This document shows, piece after piece, positions 57,038-64,000 of a stretch of DNA of 64,000 nucleotides (its first letter is position 1; the number at the start of each line of letters is the position of its first letter). Source of the DNA: an uncultured Gammaproteobacteria bacterium (GTDB lineage: Bacteria > Patescibacteriota > Patescibacteriia > UBA9934); the NCBI GenBank assembly GCA_964414795.1, contig CAYPWV010000002.1:5057-69056 (forward strand), given 5' to 3'. Below the pieces are notes generated by a model. The model was not told the DNA's origin and searched no databases. It saw only the letters and a list, made by a program, of their open reading frames with translations. A program made the translations under genes and the position numbers.

Positions 57038-57265
57038 TCACGGCGAGGGGTAGGGAATTACTCCTCCCAAAATATCACTGAGCATCAGGATATTGGGAAA
57101 ATATGTCATCAGGAGAAAAAAGATGCCTGCGAGAACAATGGCCGCGACGATTCCGTACATCATTAATGTCCACATTGTCACCGCAGAGGTACTTTCTTCT
57201 TCCTCTTCTGAAACTTTATCTTTCAAACGTTCTTTTACCATGCACTGCTCCTTTTGTGAAAGCAA
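57038..57265 (-). CDS. small membrane protein (75 aa), hypothetical
   Basis: Single TM 'IVAAIVLAGIFFLLM'. Confidence 0.3.
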   Translation of the reverse strand: MLSQKEQCMVKERLKDKVSEEEEESTSAVTMWTLMMYGIVAAIVLAGIFFLLMTYFPNILMLSDILGGVIPYPSP

Positions 57266-57432
57266 TGGATTTGTACCATAAATAAGCTTTCTTTTCGAAT
57301 CAAAACGTTATTCTCAAGATAAAGTTAGGTGTTTTGAGGTTTATCCTGTACACTTTTCCTTGACCAAAACTTTATTCTTTCCTATACTTGTTCCGCTTTC
57401 AATTTAATGCTGAAAGCGCTACAGCGCCGCTT

Positions 57433-57648
57433 ATGGCGGAAAAACAATTCTTAGAAATTCGTGGCACGGTTCTCGAATCGCTGCCCGCTGGCGCCTTCCG
57501 CGTCAAATTAGAAAACGACATGGTGGTTATCGCGCATCTTGCCGGTAAACTCCGTCAGTTCCGCATCCGGGTCATGCCGGGTGACGACGTCAAGTGTGAG
57601 ATCAGTCCGTATGATCTCACCAAGGCACGAATCACGTTCCGCTTTTAG
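57433..57648 (+). CDS. infA: translation initiation factor IF-1
   Basis: 'IRGTVLESLPAGAFRVKLENDMVVIAHLAGKLR...ISPYDLTKARITFR'. Start at the internal ATG 57433. Confidence 0.85.
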   Translation: MAEKQFLEIRGTVLESLPAGAFRVKLENDMVVIAHLAGKLRQFRIRVMPGDDVKCEISPYDLTKARITFRF

Positions 57649-57739
57649 CGAAACGGCATCTCGCGCTTTTTACAAAATCATCTTTTGAGAAATCTCGGAT
57701 GATTTTGTGTTAACACTTTAATTCACCTCAGCTTCGCGT

Positions 57740-57853
57740 ATGAAGGTTCGCTCCTCTGTGAAGAAAATTTGCCGCGACTGTCAAGTTATCCGCCGTTTTG
57801 GTCGGGTAATGGTTGTGTGCAAAACCCCGAAGCATAAACAGCGTCAGGGTTAA
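57740..57853 (+). CDS. rpmJ: 50S ribosomal protein L36
   Basis: Manual translation '[37 protein letters not shown]' (37 aa). Not in the ORF track because it is shorter than 60 aa. Confidence 0.8.
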   Translation: MKVRSSVKKICRDCQVIRRFGRVMVVCKTPKHKQRQG

Positions 57854-57856
57854 TAA

Positions 57857-58249
57857 ATGGCTATGGCTCGTATTGCTGGAGTTTCACTCCCATCTCAAAA
57901 GCGTATCGTCATCGCACTCCAATACGTTTACGGTATTGGTGCGACACGTGCGCAGCAAGTGCTTGCGAAAGCAAAGGTTGGTGAAGATGTTCGGGTAAAA
58001 GATCTTACTGCAGATCAAGAAAATGTCATTCGTACGATTGTAGAAAAAGAATATCGTACCGAAGGTGACTTGCGCCGCGACAATCTTTCCAACATCAAGC
58101 GTTTAAAAGATATCGGTGCATACCGTGGAACGCGCCACATGAAAGGCTTGCCCGCACGTGGTCAGCGCACAAAATCAAATTCACGTACTGTTCGTGGAAA
58201 CGTGCGTAAAACCGCAGGAAGTGGTCGCCGCATGCTTACCAAGACCTAA
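57857..58249 (+). CDS. rpsM: 30S ribosomal protein S13
   Basis: '[26 protein letters not shown]'. Confidence 0.9.
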   Translation: MAMARIAGVSLPSQKRIVIALQYVYGIGATRAQQVLAKAKVGEDVRVKDLTADQENVIRTIVEKEYRTEGDLRRDNLSNIKRLKDIGAYRGTRHMKGLPARGQRTKSNSRTVRGNVRKTAGSGRRMLTKT

Positions 58250-58261
58250 TGCATTGATGCT

Positions 58262-58735
58262 ATGACTGAAGAAGTAAAAAACATCGTTCCTGCAGAAGGT
58301 GGGGAAGCACCTGTGGCAGCTCCTGCAAAAACAGGAAAAAAATCAGATCGTGTGCTTACCGCAAAAGGTAAAAAGCGCACCATTAAGCAAATCCCTCAAG
58401 GATGCGCATACGTGCACGCAAGTTACAACAACACTATCGTTTCTATCACCGATCCTCATGGCAATCTTATTGCTTGGGCATCAGCAGGAAATTGCGGCTT
58501 TAAGGGTCCTAAAAAGGCTACCCCGTACGCAGCAAGTGTTGTAGTAAAAAAAGCTGCAGAAAAAGCAGCGGTGTACGGTTTAAAAGATATTCAAGTGTAC
58601 GTAACGGGTATCGGAAACGGCCGCGATGGCGCAATGCGTGCATTAAACGCAAATGGCTTCAACGTTCTTTCTCTTACTGATACCACGCCAGTTGCACATA
58701 ACGGGTGCCGCCCGCGCCGTGCACGTCGCGTGTAA
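58262..58735 (+). CDS. rpsK: 30S ribosomal protein S11
   Basis: 'HASYNNTIVSITDPHGNLIAWASAG...KGPKKATPYAA'. Confidence 0.9.
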   Translation: MTEEVKNIVPAEGGEAPVAAPAKTGKKSDRVLTAKGKKRTIKQIPQGCAYVHASYNNTIVSITDPHGNLIAWASAGNCGFKGPKKATPYAASVVVKKAAEKAAVYGLKDIQVYVTGIGNGRDGAMRALNANGFNVLSLTDTTPVAHNGCRPRRARRV

Positions 58736-58750
58736 CGCAGACATCATTCT

Positions 58751-59371
58751 ATGGGAAAAAATTTACGCCCCCTTGGAAAGCTGAGCCGTCGCGAAAACGT
58801 GCCCCTTTCCACTTCTACGAGCATTTTGAAAGTCATGCAGCGTCGTCCGTATGCACCTGGTGTACACGGAAGTCCAAATGCACGTCCACCCAAAGTTTCG
58901 GTGTACGGACAGCAGTTGCGTGAAAAACAAAAAGCAAAGCGTTTGTACGGCATGATGGAAAAGCAGTTCCGTAATTATTTCACCAAGGCAGCTGCCATGG
59001 AAGGAAATACCGGAGAACAGCTTTCTCGTTTGCTCGAAACGCGTTTGGACAATGTGGTGTTCCGTCTCGGATTTGCAAAAACCCGTCCACAGGCACGCCA
59101 AATGGTAAGTCACTGCATGTTTATGATAAATGGTGAAACGGTAAACATTCCGTCGTATCATGTACGTGTCGGCGACGTTATCGAAATTCGTGCGAACAAG
59201 AACGCGAAAAAAGTCTTTTCCGATCTTGCTGAGCGCATGAAAACACACAAAGTTCCTGGGTGGCTTCATTTGGAGGAAATGAAGGGAAAAATGGTGAGTA
59301 CTCCAGTTGGTGAAGATCTCAAGGAAGCGTTCGATCCTACGTTAATCGTCGAATTCTATTCCATGCGCTAA
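58751..59371 (+). CDS. rpsD: 30S ribosomal protein S4
   Basis: 'LSRLLETRLDNVVFRLGFAKTRPQARQMVSH' (S4 domain). Confidence 0.9.
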   Translation: MGKNLRPLGKLSRRENVPLSTSTSILKVMQRRPYAPGVHGSPNARPPKVSVYGQQLREKQKAKRLYGMMEKQFRNYFTKAAAMEGNTGEQLSRLLETRLDNVVFRLGFAKTRPQARQMVSHCMFMINGETVNIPSYHVRVGDVIEIRANKNAKKVFSDLAERMKTHKVPGWLHLEEMKGKMVSTPVGEDLKEAFDPTLIVEFYSMR

Positions 59372-59398
59372 GCATTGCTTGGCCTAATCTTTATCCGT

Positions 59399-60151
59399 AT
59401 GGAGACCATTTTTCTCCCTTCAAAGATGCACATCGCTCCTGGCGACATGCCCAACACTGCAACGCTTACCATTGAGCCGCTCCATCACGGATACGGCACA
59501 ACCGTAGGAAATGCCTTGCGTCGTGTATTGCTCTCTTCTTTGCCGGGTGCTGCAGTTACTGCAGTAAAAATCAAAGGTGCTCAGCACGAGTTTCAGGCAA
59601 TTACCGGAGTAAAAGAAGATATCCTCGATATCGTTCTTGCGCTCAAGCAGTTGCGTATGAAGGTGCATGCTGATGAGGCGGTAACGCTGAAGCTTGTAAA
59701 GAAAGGTGTAGGACCGGTCACTGCCGCAGACATTGAAAAAAATGCTGATGTAGACATCGCAAATCCTGAACTTGTTCTTGCAAACATCACTGCAGCTGCT
59801 ACCACGCTCGACATGGAAATCACCGTTTCTCGTGGTCGTGGATTCTTGCCAACCGAAGAGCGTGAAAACATCACTTCCGATATCGGTGTGATGGCTATTG
59901 ATGCGCTCTTTAGCCCCGTTCGCCAAGTAAGCTTAAAGGTGGAGAATACGCGTGTTGGCGATATTACCAACTACGATAAGCTCATTATGAACATCGAAAC
60001 CGATGGCACAATTGATCCTTCCGAAGCTTTTGAACAGGCAACAAAAATTCTCATCAATCACTTTACCTGGATGCAAGGTCAATTAAGCAATGCATCGCTT
60101 ACTGAACAAATCATTCGCTCTAAGGAGGAGGGGCAGAAGAGTGACGAATAA
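59399..60151 (+). CDS. rpoA: DNA-directed RNA polymerase alpha subunit, N-terminal domain only (no alpha-CTD)
   Basis: 'TLTIEPLHHGYGTTVGNALRRVLLSSLPGAAVT'. The protein ends right after the NTD. Confidence 0.85.
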   Translation: METIFLPSKMHIAPGDMPNTATLTIEPLHHGYGTTVGNALRRVLLSSLPGAAVTAVKIKGAQHEFQAITGVKEDILDIVLALKQLRMKVHADEAVTLKLVKKGVGPVTAADIEKNADVDIANPELVLANITAAATTLDMEITVSRGRGFLPTEERENITSDIGVMAIDALFSPVRQVSLKVENTRVGDITNYDKLIMNIETDGTIDPSEAFEQATKILINHFTWMQGQLSNASLTEQIIRSKEEGQKSDE

Positions 60152-60153
60152 CT

Positions 60154-60504
60154 ATGCGTCATAATAATAAAAATAAAATCTTGAGTCGCAAGGCTCCGCT
60201 GCGAAAAGCGCTCATCCGCGACCTCGTTACCGCAATGGTAACGCACGAGCGAATTGAAACGCCTCTCGTACGCGCAAAGGTTGCACGTCAACAGCTTGAA
60301 AAGCTTATTACCGTTGCAAAAACCCCTTCGCTCCAGTCGCGTCGCCGCTTGCTTGCATTCTTTACTACCGATCAACCGGTAAAAAAGCTGCTCGAAGTGA
60401 TTGGTCCTCGCTACGCAGAGCGCAAGGGAGGGTATACGCGTATCACCAAAATGGGTCACCGTTTAGGAGATGCTGCAGAAACCGCTATCATTGAATTTGT
60501 GTAA
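60154..60504 (+). CDS. rplQ: 50S ribosomal protein L17
   Basis: 'MRHNNKNKILSRKAPLRKALIRDLV'. Confidence 0.9.
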   Translation: MRHNNKNKILSRKAPLRKALIRDLVTAMVTHERIETPLVRAKVARQQLEKLITVAKTPSLQSRRRLLAFFTTDQPVKKLLEVIGPRYAERKGGYTRITKMGHRLGDAAETAIIEFV

Positions 60505-60507
60505 TAT

Positions 60508-60867
60508 ATGACCAAGACTATTGAACGCAAAACCTATACGGTAGACGCTTCGGATAAAATCCTTGGTCGTATGGCAACGGATATTGCTCGTCACCTTACC
60601 GGTAAAACCAGCACTTCATTTCAGCCGCATCTTGATGTAGGAGACTACGTCACGGTAACCAACGTTGCAGGAATGAAAGTCACCGGAAAGAAGTACGATC
60701 AAAAGATCTACCATCATCACTCCGGTCATCCAGGAGGAATTAAGGCGAAAACCATGCGCCAACTCTGGGAGCAAGATCCCGCACTTGTTCTTCGCGCAGC
60801 CGTTTCTCGTATGCTTCCTAAAAACAAGCACCGCGACACACGCATGCAACGTCTCACTATTTCCTAA
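60508..60867 (+). CDS. rplM: 50S ribosomal protein L13
   Basis: 'KTYTVDASDKILGRMATDIARHLTGK'. Confidence 0.9.
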   Translation: MTKTIERKTYTVDASDKILGRMATDIARHLTGKTSTSFQPHLDVGDYVTVTNVAGMKVTGKKYDQKIYHHHSGHPGGIKAKTMRQLWEQDPALVLRAAVSRMLPKNKHRDTRMQRLTIS

Positions 60868-60872
60868 GGTAT

Positions 60873-61268
60873 ATGGCAGAAACATATTTTCATTCCGTAG
60901 GTCGTAGAAAGACTGCGGTTGCCCAGGTTCGCTTGTCCGCAGGCGGTTCTGGCAAGGTAACGGTAAACGAACGTCCTTTCGAGGAAGTGTTTACCACCGA
61001 AACACTTCGGCTCATGGTTGCACGCCCGCTCAGCGAGTGTGGCAAGCGTGAAGCGGTAGATATTGAGATCAAAACGTCGGGTGGTGGTATGGTTGGGCAA
61101 GCTGATGCTGCTCGCCTTGCAATTGCTCGTGCGCTCCTTAAAATGGATGATGCACTTAAGTCCGCGCTCAAAGGCCCCGGCCTTCTCACGCGTGACCCTC
61201 GCAAGAAGGAACGCAAAAAGCCAGGTAAGCGCGGCGCACGTCGCTCTTCTCAATGGCGAAAGCGTTAG
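60873..61268 (+). CDS. rpsI: 30S ribosomal protein S9
   Basis: 'GGGMVGQADAARLAIARAL...KKPGKRGARRSSQWRKR'. Confidence 0.9.
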   Translation: MAETYFHSVGRRKTAVAQVRLSAGGSGKVTVNERPFEEVFTTETLRLMVARPLSECGKREAVDIEIKTSGGGMVGQADAARLAIARALLKMDDALKSALKGPGLLTRDPRKKERKKPGKRGARRSSQWRKR

Positions 61269-61286
61269 TCAGTCACGTCAATCAAA

Positions 61287-61322
61287 CAAAAAATCCTCGA
61301 TATTGCATCGAGGATTTTTTGT
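61287..61322. terminator. bidirectional rho-independent terminator between convergent rpsI and the minus-strand gene
   Basis: 'aaaaaatcctcgat-attgc-atcgaggatttttt': 8-bp stem, 5-nt loop, A-run and T-run on either side. Confidence 0.6.
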
Positions 61323-63080
61323 TTATCGATCACGTAACTTTGTATATACGTCTTCTACACCGTATTTTTTAGCTACTTCAGAAGGTGACATGCCGTTCTT
61401 GAGATCTACTGTCGCTTTTGCAGCTTGATTAAAGAGGAGAAAATCCTTTGAAGGATCCCACTTTGGATCATTGTTTGCCCTAATGCGCATGGCCTGTGCT
61501 TCGGTTTTTTGTGATTCATTAAGAACAATTGCGGCTAATACTGCCTGCTTTGGAGCGTTTGGTTTTAAACCAAGTGCTTCGAGCATACGGCCCCCACGTA
61601 ACCAAATGGTTTCATCAGGACCAAGAGCATTCTGAAGAAGTGCGGCGGGAACAGTGTCGTGCGTCTTGGTGCTCTCGAGAGAAGCACGATTTACCCCTGT
61701 ATCTCGTGAAGTCTTTCCGGAGACTGTTGCTGTTGAGCTTTTTTCTTGACGAGGAGCACGTTCGTTTACTTGGTGTGCTTGGCGAGGTGCTGGGCTGCTG
61801 TCGTAGCTTGTTGCAGGGGAAGGCGCTTCGTTTCCCCACTTTGCAAGATCGAGAATCTCGTATGCAGAGGTGAGATCAAGTGCTTGTCCAATGTGCATGT
61901 GCTTTGCCGCATCGCCTTCAAGATGATTTGCTCGACGGAGTGCTCGTACCATTTCGAGCGTTAATTCTCCGCTATCATCTGGTACGCCACTTTTTTCAAC
62001 GATCTGATCAATAATTCCCCAGGGAGTATCGCCCGATTGTGCATTGTAGGTCATGGTTCGACTTTCCGCAGGAGATTCTGCCTCGGCTCTTGGTGTGCGT
62101 TCATTGAGTTTGTGTGGTTGTCGGTAGGAGTCGGGAGAAGAGAGTGCTGAGGTAGTTCCTTGTGCTTTTGATTCCGTATCTTTCAGTGAGTCGAAACCAA
62201 GTTTTACCCCAAAGATTCCCGCAACAACCGCAACTCCGGTAAGAATGCTCGTTTTCCAGCGATTCAAAAAACTGGGTTTTTGTGGTGCCGCACTGAGCGC
62301 GGGGTCAAGATCCTTGTCGCTCAGTTCCTCGCTTGTCTTTGCTGGTTTTTTCGTTCTTTTTGGAGCGGGAGCAGCAGATTCGCGCACTACAAAAGATTCT
62401 TGAGGTTTTTGCGCTTCAGGAGTAGCAGGAACTTCTCGCACCCCCTCTTCGGGATCACTGAATTTTGACATTTCAAGAGGAGGGGCTTGTGTCGTAATAT
62501 CAAATGTTTCATCCCTTTCTTCTTTTCTGGTACGACTTTCGCGCGGAATATCATCCAATTCCGTTCCGGCTACTGCTTCTCCCACACCCTCAGCGCCAAT
62601 TTGTGCAAAGTTACGTTGTCTTTCTGATTTTGGTTCTGCACTTTTACCGGCTAGTTCTTCTGCTTTTTTACGTGCGCGAAGAAGGTGGTCTAATTCCGCA
62701 GCTCTTCTCAAGGAGTCCTGCAACTCTTTATCTTTTTGACGTACTTCTTCTATTGGACGACCAGTTCTCTGAGCCTCTGCAAGGTGTTCTGCATGCTTAG
62801 GATCACCGTAAAAGCCAGGTCTGAAGGCTGTTTTTGGTGGTCGATCTGCAACTTTTTCTACTGCAATATTTTCAGGTGCTGGTTGAGGATGCTTATCCGT
62901 GTATCTTCGAGCTCTTGCGCCTGTATCTGTCTTTTTAGGATCACTGCCTACTTCAGCCTCAGCAGCTTCAAGTTCGGCGAGCACATCTTTAAAAAAGAGA
63001 TCTTCTTCTGGCTCTCCATTGGGACCTGTATAGGTATGAAATTCTCTACCAGGACTTTGTAGATCGCGTGATTTTGCCAT
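61323..63080 (-). CDS. low-complexity, membrane-anchored protein with a possible LysM-like segment (585 aa)
   Basis: Long ORF. Pro/Glu/Lys-rich N-terminal half. Single TM 'ILTGVAVVAGIFGV'. 'YNAQSGDTPWGII...HIGQALDL' is LysM-like. Confidence 0.45.
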   Translation of the reverse strand: MAKSRDLQSPGREFHTYTGPNGEPEEDLFFKDVLAELEAAEAEVGSDPKKTDTGARARRYTDKHPQPAPENIAVEKVADRPPKTAFRPGFYGDPKHAEHLAEAQRTGRPIEEVRQKDKELQDSLRRAAELDHLLRARKKAEELAGKSAEPKSERQRNFAQIGAEGVGEAVAGTELDDIPRESRTRKEERDETFDITTQAPPLEMSKFSDPEEGVREVPATPEAQKPQESFVVRESAAPAPKRTKKPAKTSEELSDKDLDPALSAAPQKPSFLNRWKTSILTGVAVVAGIFGVKLGFDSLKDTESKAQGTTSALSSPDSYRQPHKLNERTPRAEAESPAESRTMTYNAQSGDTPWGIIDQIVEKSGVPDDSGELTLEMVRALRRANHLEGDAAKHMHIGQALDLTSAYEILDLAKWGNEAPSPATSYDSSPAPRQAHQVNERAPRQEKSSTATVSGKTSRDTGVNRASLESTKTHDTVPAALLQNALGPDETIWLRGGRMLEALGLKPNAPKQAVLAAIVLNESQKTEAQAMRIRANNDPKWDPSKDFLLFNQAAKATVDLKNGMSPSEVAKKYGVEDVYTKLRDR

Positions 63081-63147
63081 ATGAAATAAGATATTTTCAT
63101 CTAGTATATATGATTGCTGAGCGGGGTGCGGTAAGATATGCTCAGCC

Positions 63148-64000
63148 TATGTCAACTTTAACCAAAAATACCTTTTTGCTTACCATTGCCTCGGTGGGGC
63201 AGAAGGCGATTGCCTTTTTTTACTTTGCGTTTATTGCCAATATTTTGGGGGATGAGAAGCTTTTGGGGGCGTATTTTCTTGCGCTCGTGTTAACGACCAC
63301 CATCGGCGCCCTGGATGATGCGGGCATGACTGCGGTCATTATTCGCGATACCGCAAAGGATGAACAAGGTGCAAAAAAGCTGTTGAAAAACGTTCTTGGA
63401 TGGAAATTGTGCATTATGCCGTTTACGGCAATGCTTGCGTGTATTCTTCCCAGCTTTTTGCATTTTTCTCCTCAGGCGACGGCTTTGGTATATGTTGCCG
63501 TGTTCGTTATGCTTGCAGATACGTTATCGGTAACGTTCTATGGCGTGCTGCGTGGATTGCATACGGTGAAGTTTGAAGCCATGGGCGTGTTTGTGGGGCA
63601 ATCACTTACGGCGATATTTGGTGTGGTGGTGTTGCTGACGCATCATGTTGATTTGCGTTTGCTGGTGGTTGCGCTGTTGTGTGGAAGTGTATGGAATGCC
63701 GTTTTTGCCGCAGTGCACGTTGCGCGAAAATTGGGCAGAGATGCACTTATTCCATCGTTTAGTATGGGAACGCGTCCGCTTCGTTTAGGTGCGATGTTTC
63801 TTTTGGCGACGTTGTTTGTAAAGGTGTATTCGTACATTGATTCGTTTACCATCAAAATGGTGCTGGGGGAGGGAGCGGTTGGTGTGTACAGCATTGCGTA
63901 TAAATTTGCGTATGCGTTTCAATTTTTGCCACTGGCGTTCGTGGGTGCGCTGTATCCGGCGATGAGTGCGCAATTGCATGATAAAGAAGCGCTGAAGAAA
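63148..64000 (+). CDS. MOP-superfamily oligosaccharide flippase (Wzx/MurJ-like), 5' partial that runs off the window end
   Basis: Manual translation from ATG 63148: 'MSTLTKNTFLLTIASVGQKAIAFFYFAFIANILG...' Polytopic. No stop before 64000, so it is absent from the ORF track. Confidence 0.55.

Noticed and set aside
1-64000. CRISPR arrays or rRNA genes
   Set aside because: No regularly spaced direct repeats with unique spacers were seen. No rRNA-like conserved stretches were seen.

Overview
The window looks like a small-genome, CPR/Patescibacteria-like bacterium: moderate GC, short MetRS and AlaRS, an rpoA lacking its C-terminal domain, many Dsb proteins, and a 3' ribosomal-protein cluster. It mixes housekeeping genes with several accessory blocks. 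Housekeeping genes include a GH3 glycosidase, TspO, pepA, rsmI, metG, tatD, tsaC, alaS and infA-rpmJ-rpsM-rpsK-rpsD-rpoA-rplQ-rplM-rpsI. The accessory blocks are as follows. (1) A HicA/HicB pair with unknown neighbours at about 4.3-6.3 kb. (2) A degraded prophage or satellite-like element at about 6.4-16.2 kb: large serine recombinase, TfoX-N protein, MBL hydrolase, LexA/CI-like S24 repressor, ParB-DNA methyltransferase fusion plus a second methyltransferase, terminase small and large subunits, VRR-NUC nuclease, and no structural genes. (3) A long minus-strand metal-homeostasis and thiol-redox supra-operon at about 17.5-28.2 kb: M14 peptidase, two CDF transporters, PAP2, DsbA x2, DsbB, SurA-like protein, HMA-membrane fusion, CopA, and a Met/His-rich protein. 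(4) A tightly coupled four-gene defence-like operon at 28.3-38.6 kb: a RecB-like/DUF2779 nuclease, a GmrSD-like DUF262/DUF1524 nuclease, an MmeI/PglX-like N6-adenine methyltransferase, and a PLD-nuclease::SNF2-helicase fusion. It resembles parts of DISARM and BREX but lacks their core genes. (5) A second, paralogous large serine recombinase, followed by a three-gene AT-rich cassette at 40.1-43.4 kb (two proteins with RN-x-LAH HEPN-like motifs bracketing a 522-aa protein with a PD-(D/E)xK-like motif) that abuts tRNA-Asn(GTT). (6) A small islet between rsmI and metG (ORF6N protein, membrane protein, HicB/HicA). (7) A perfect 17-bp inverted-repeat hairpin element followed by a markedly GC-rich foreign-looking gene at about 52.2-53.0 kb. 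(8) An IS4/IS5-type insertion sequence with ~28-bp terminal inverted repeats between alaS and infA. No CRISPR array or rRNA was seen. The most promising candidates for an undescribed system are the operon at 28.3-38.6 kb and the HEPN-nuclease-HEPN cassette at 40.1-43.4 kb.
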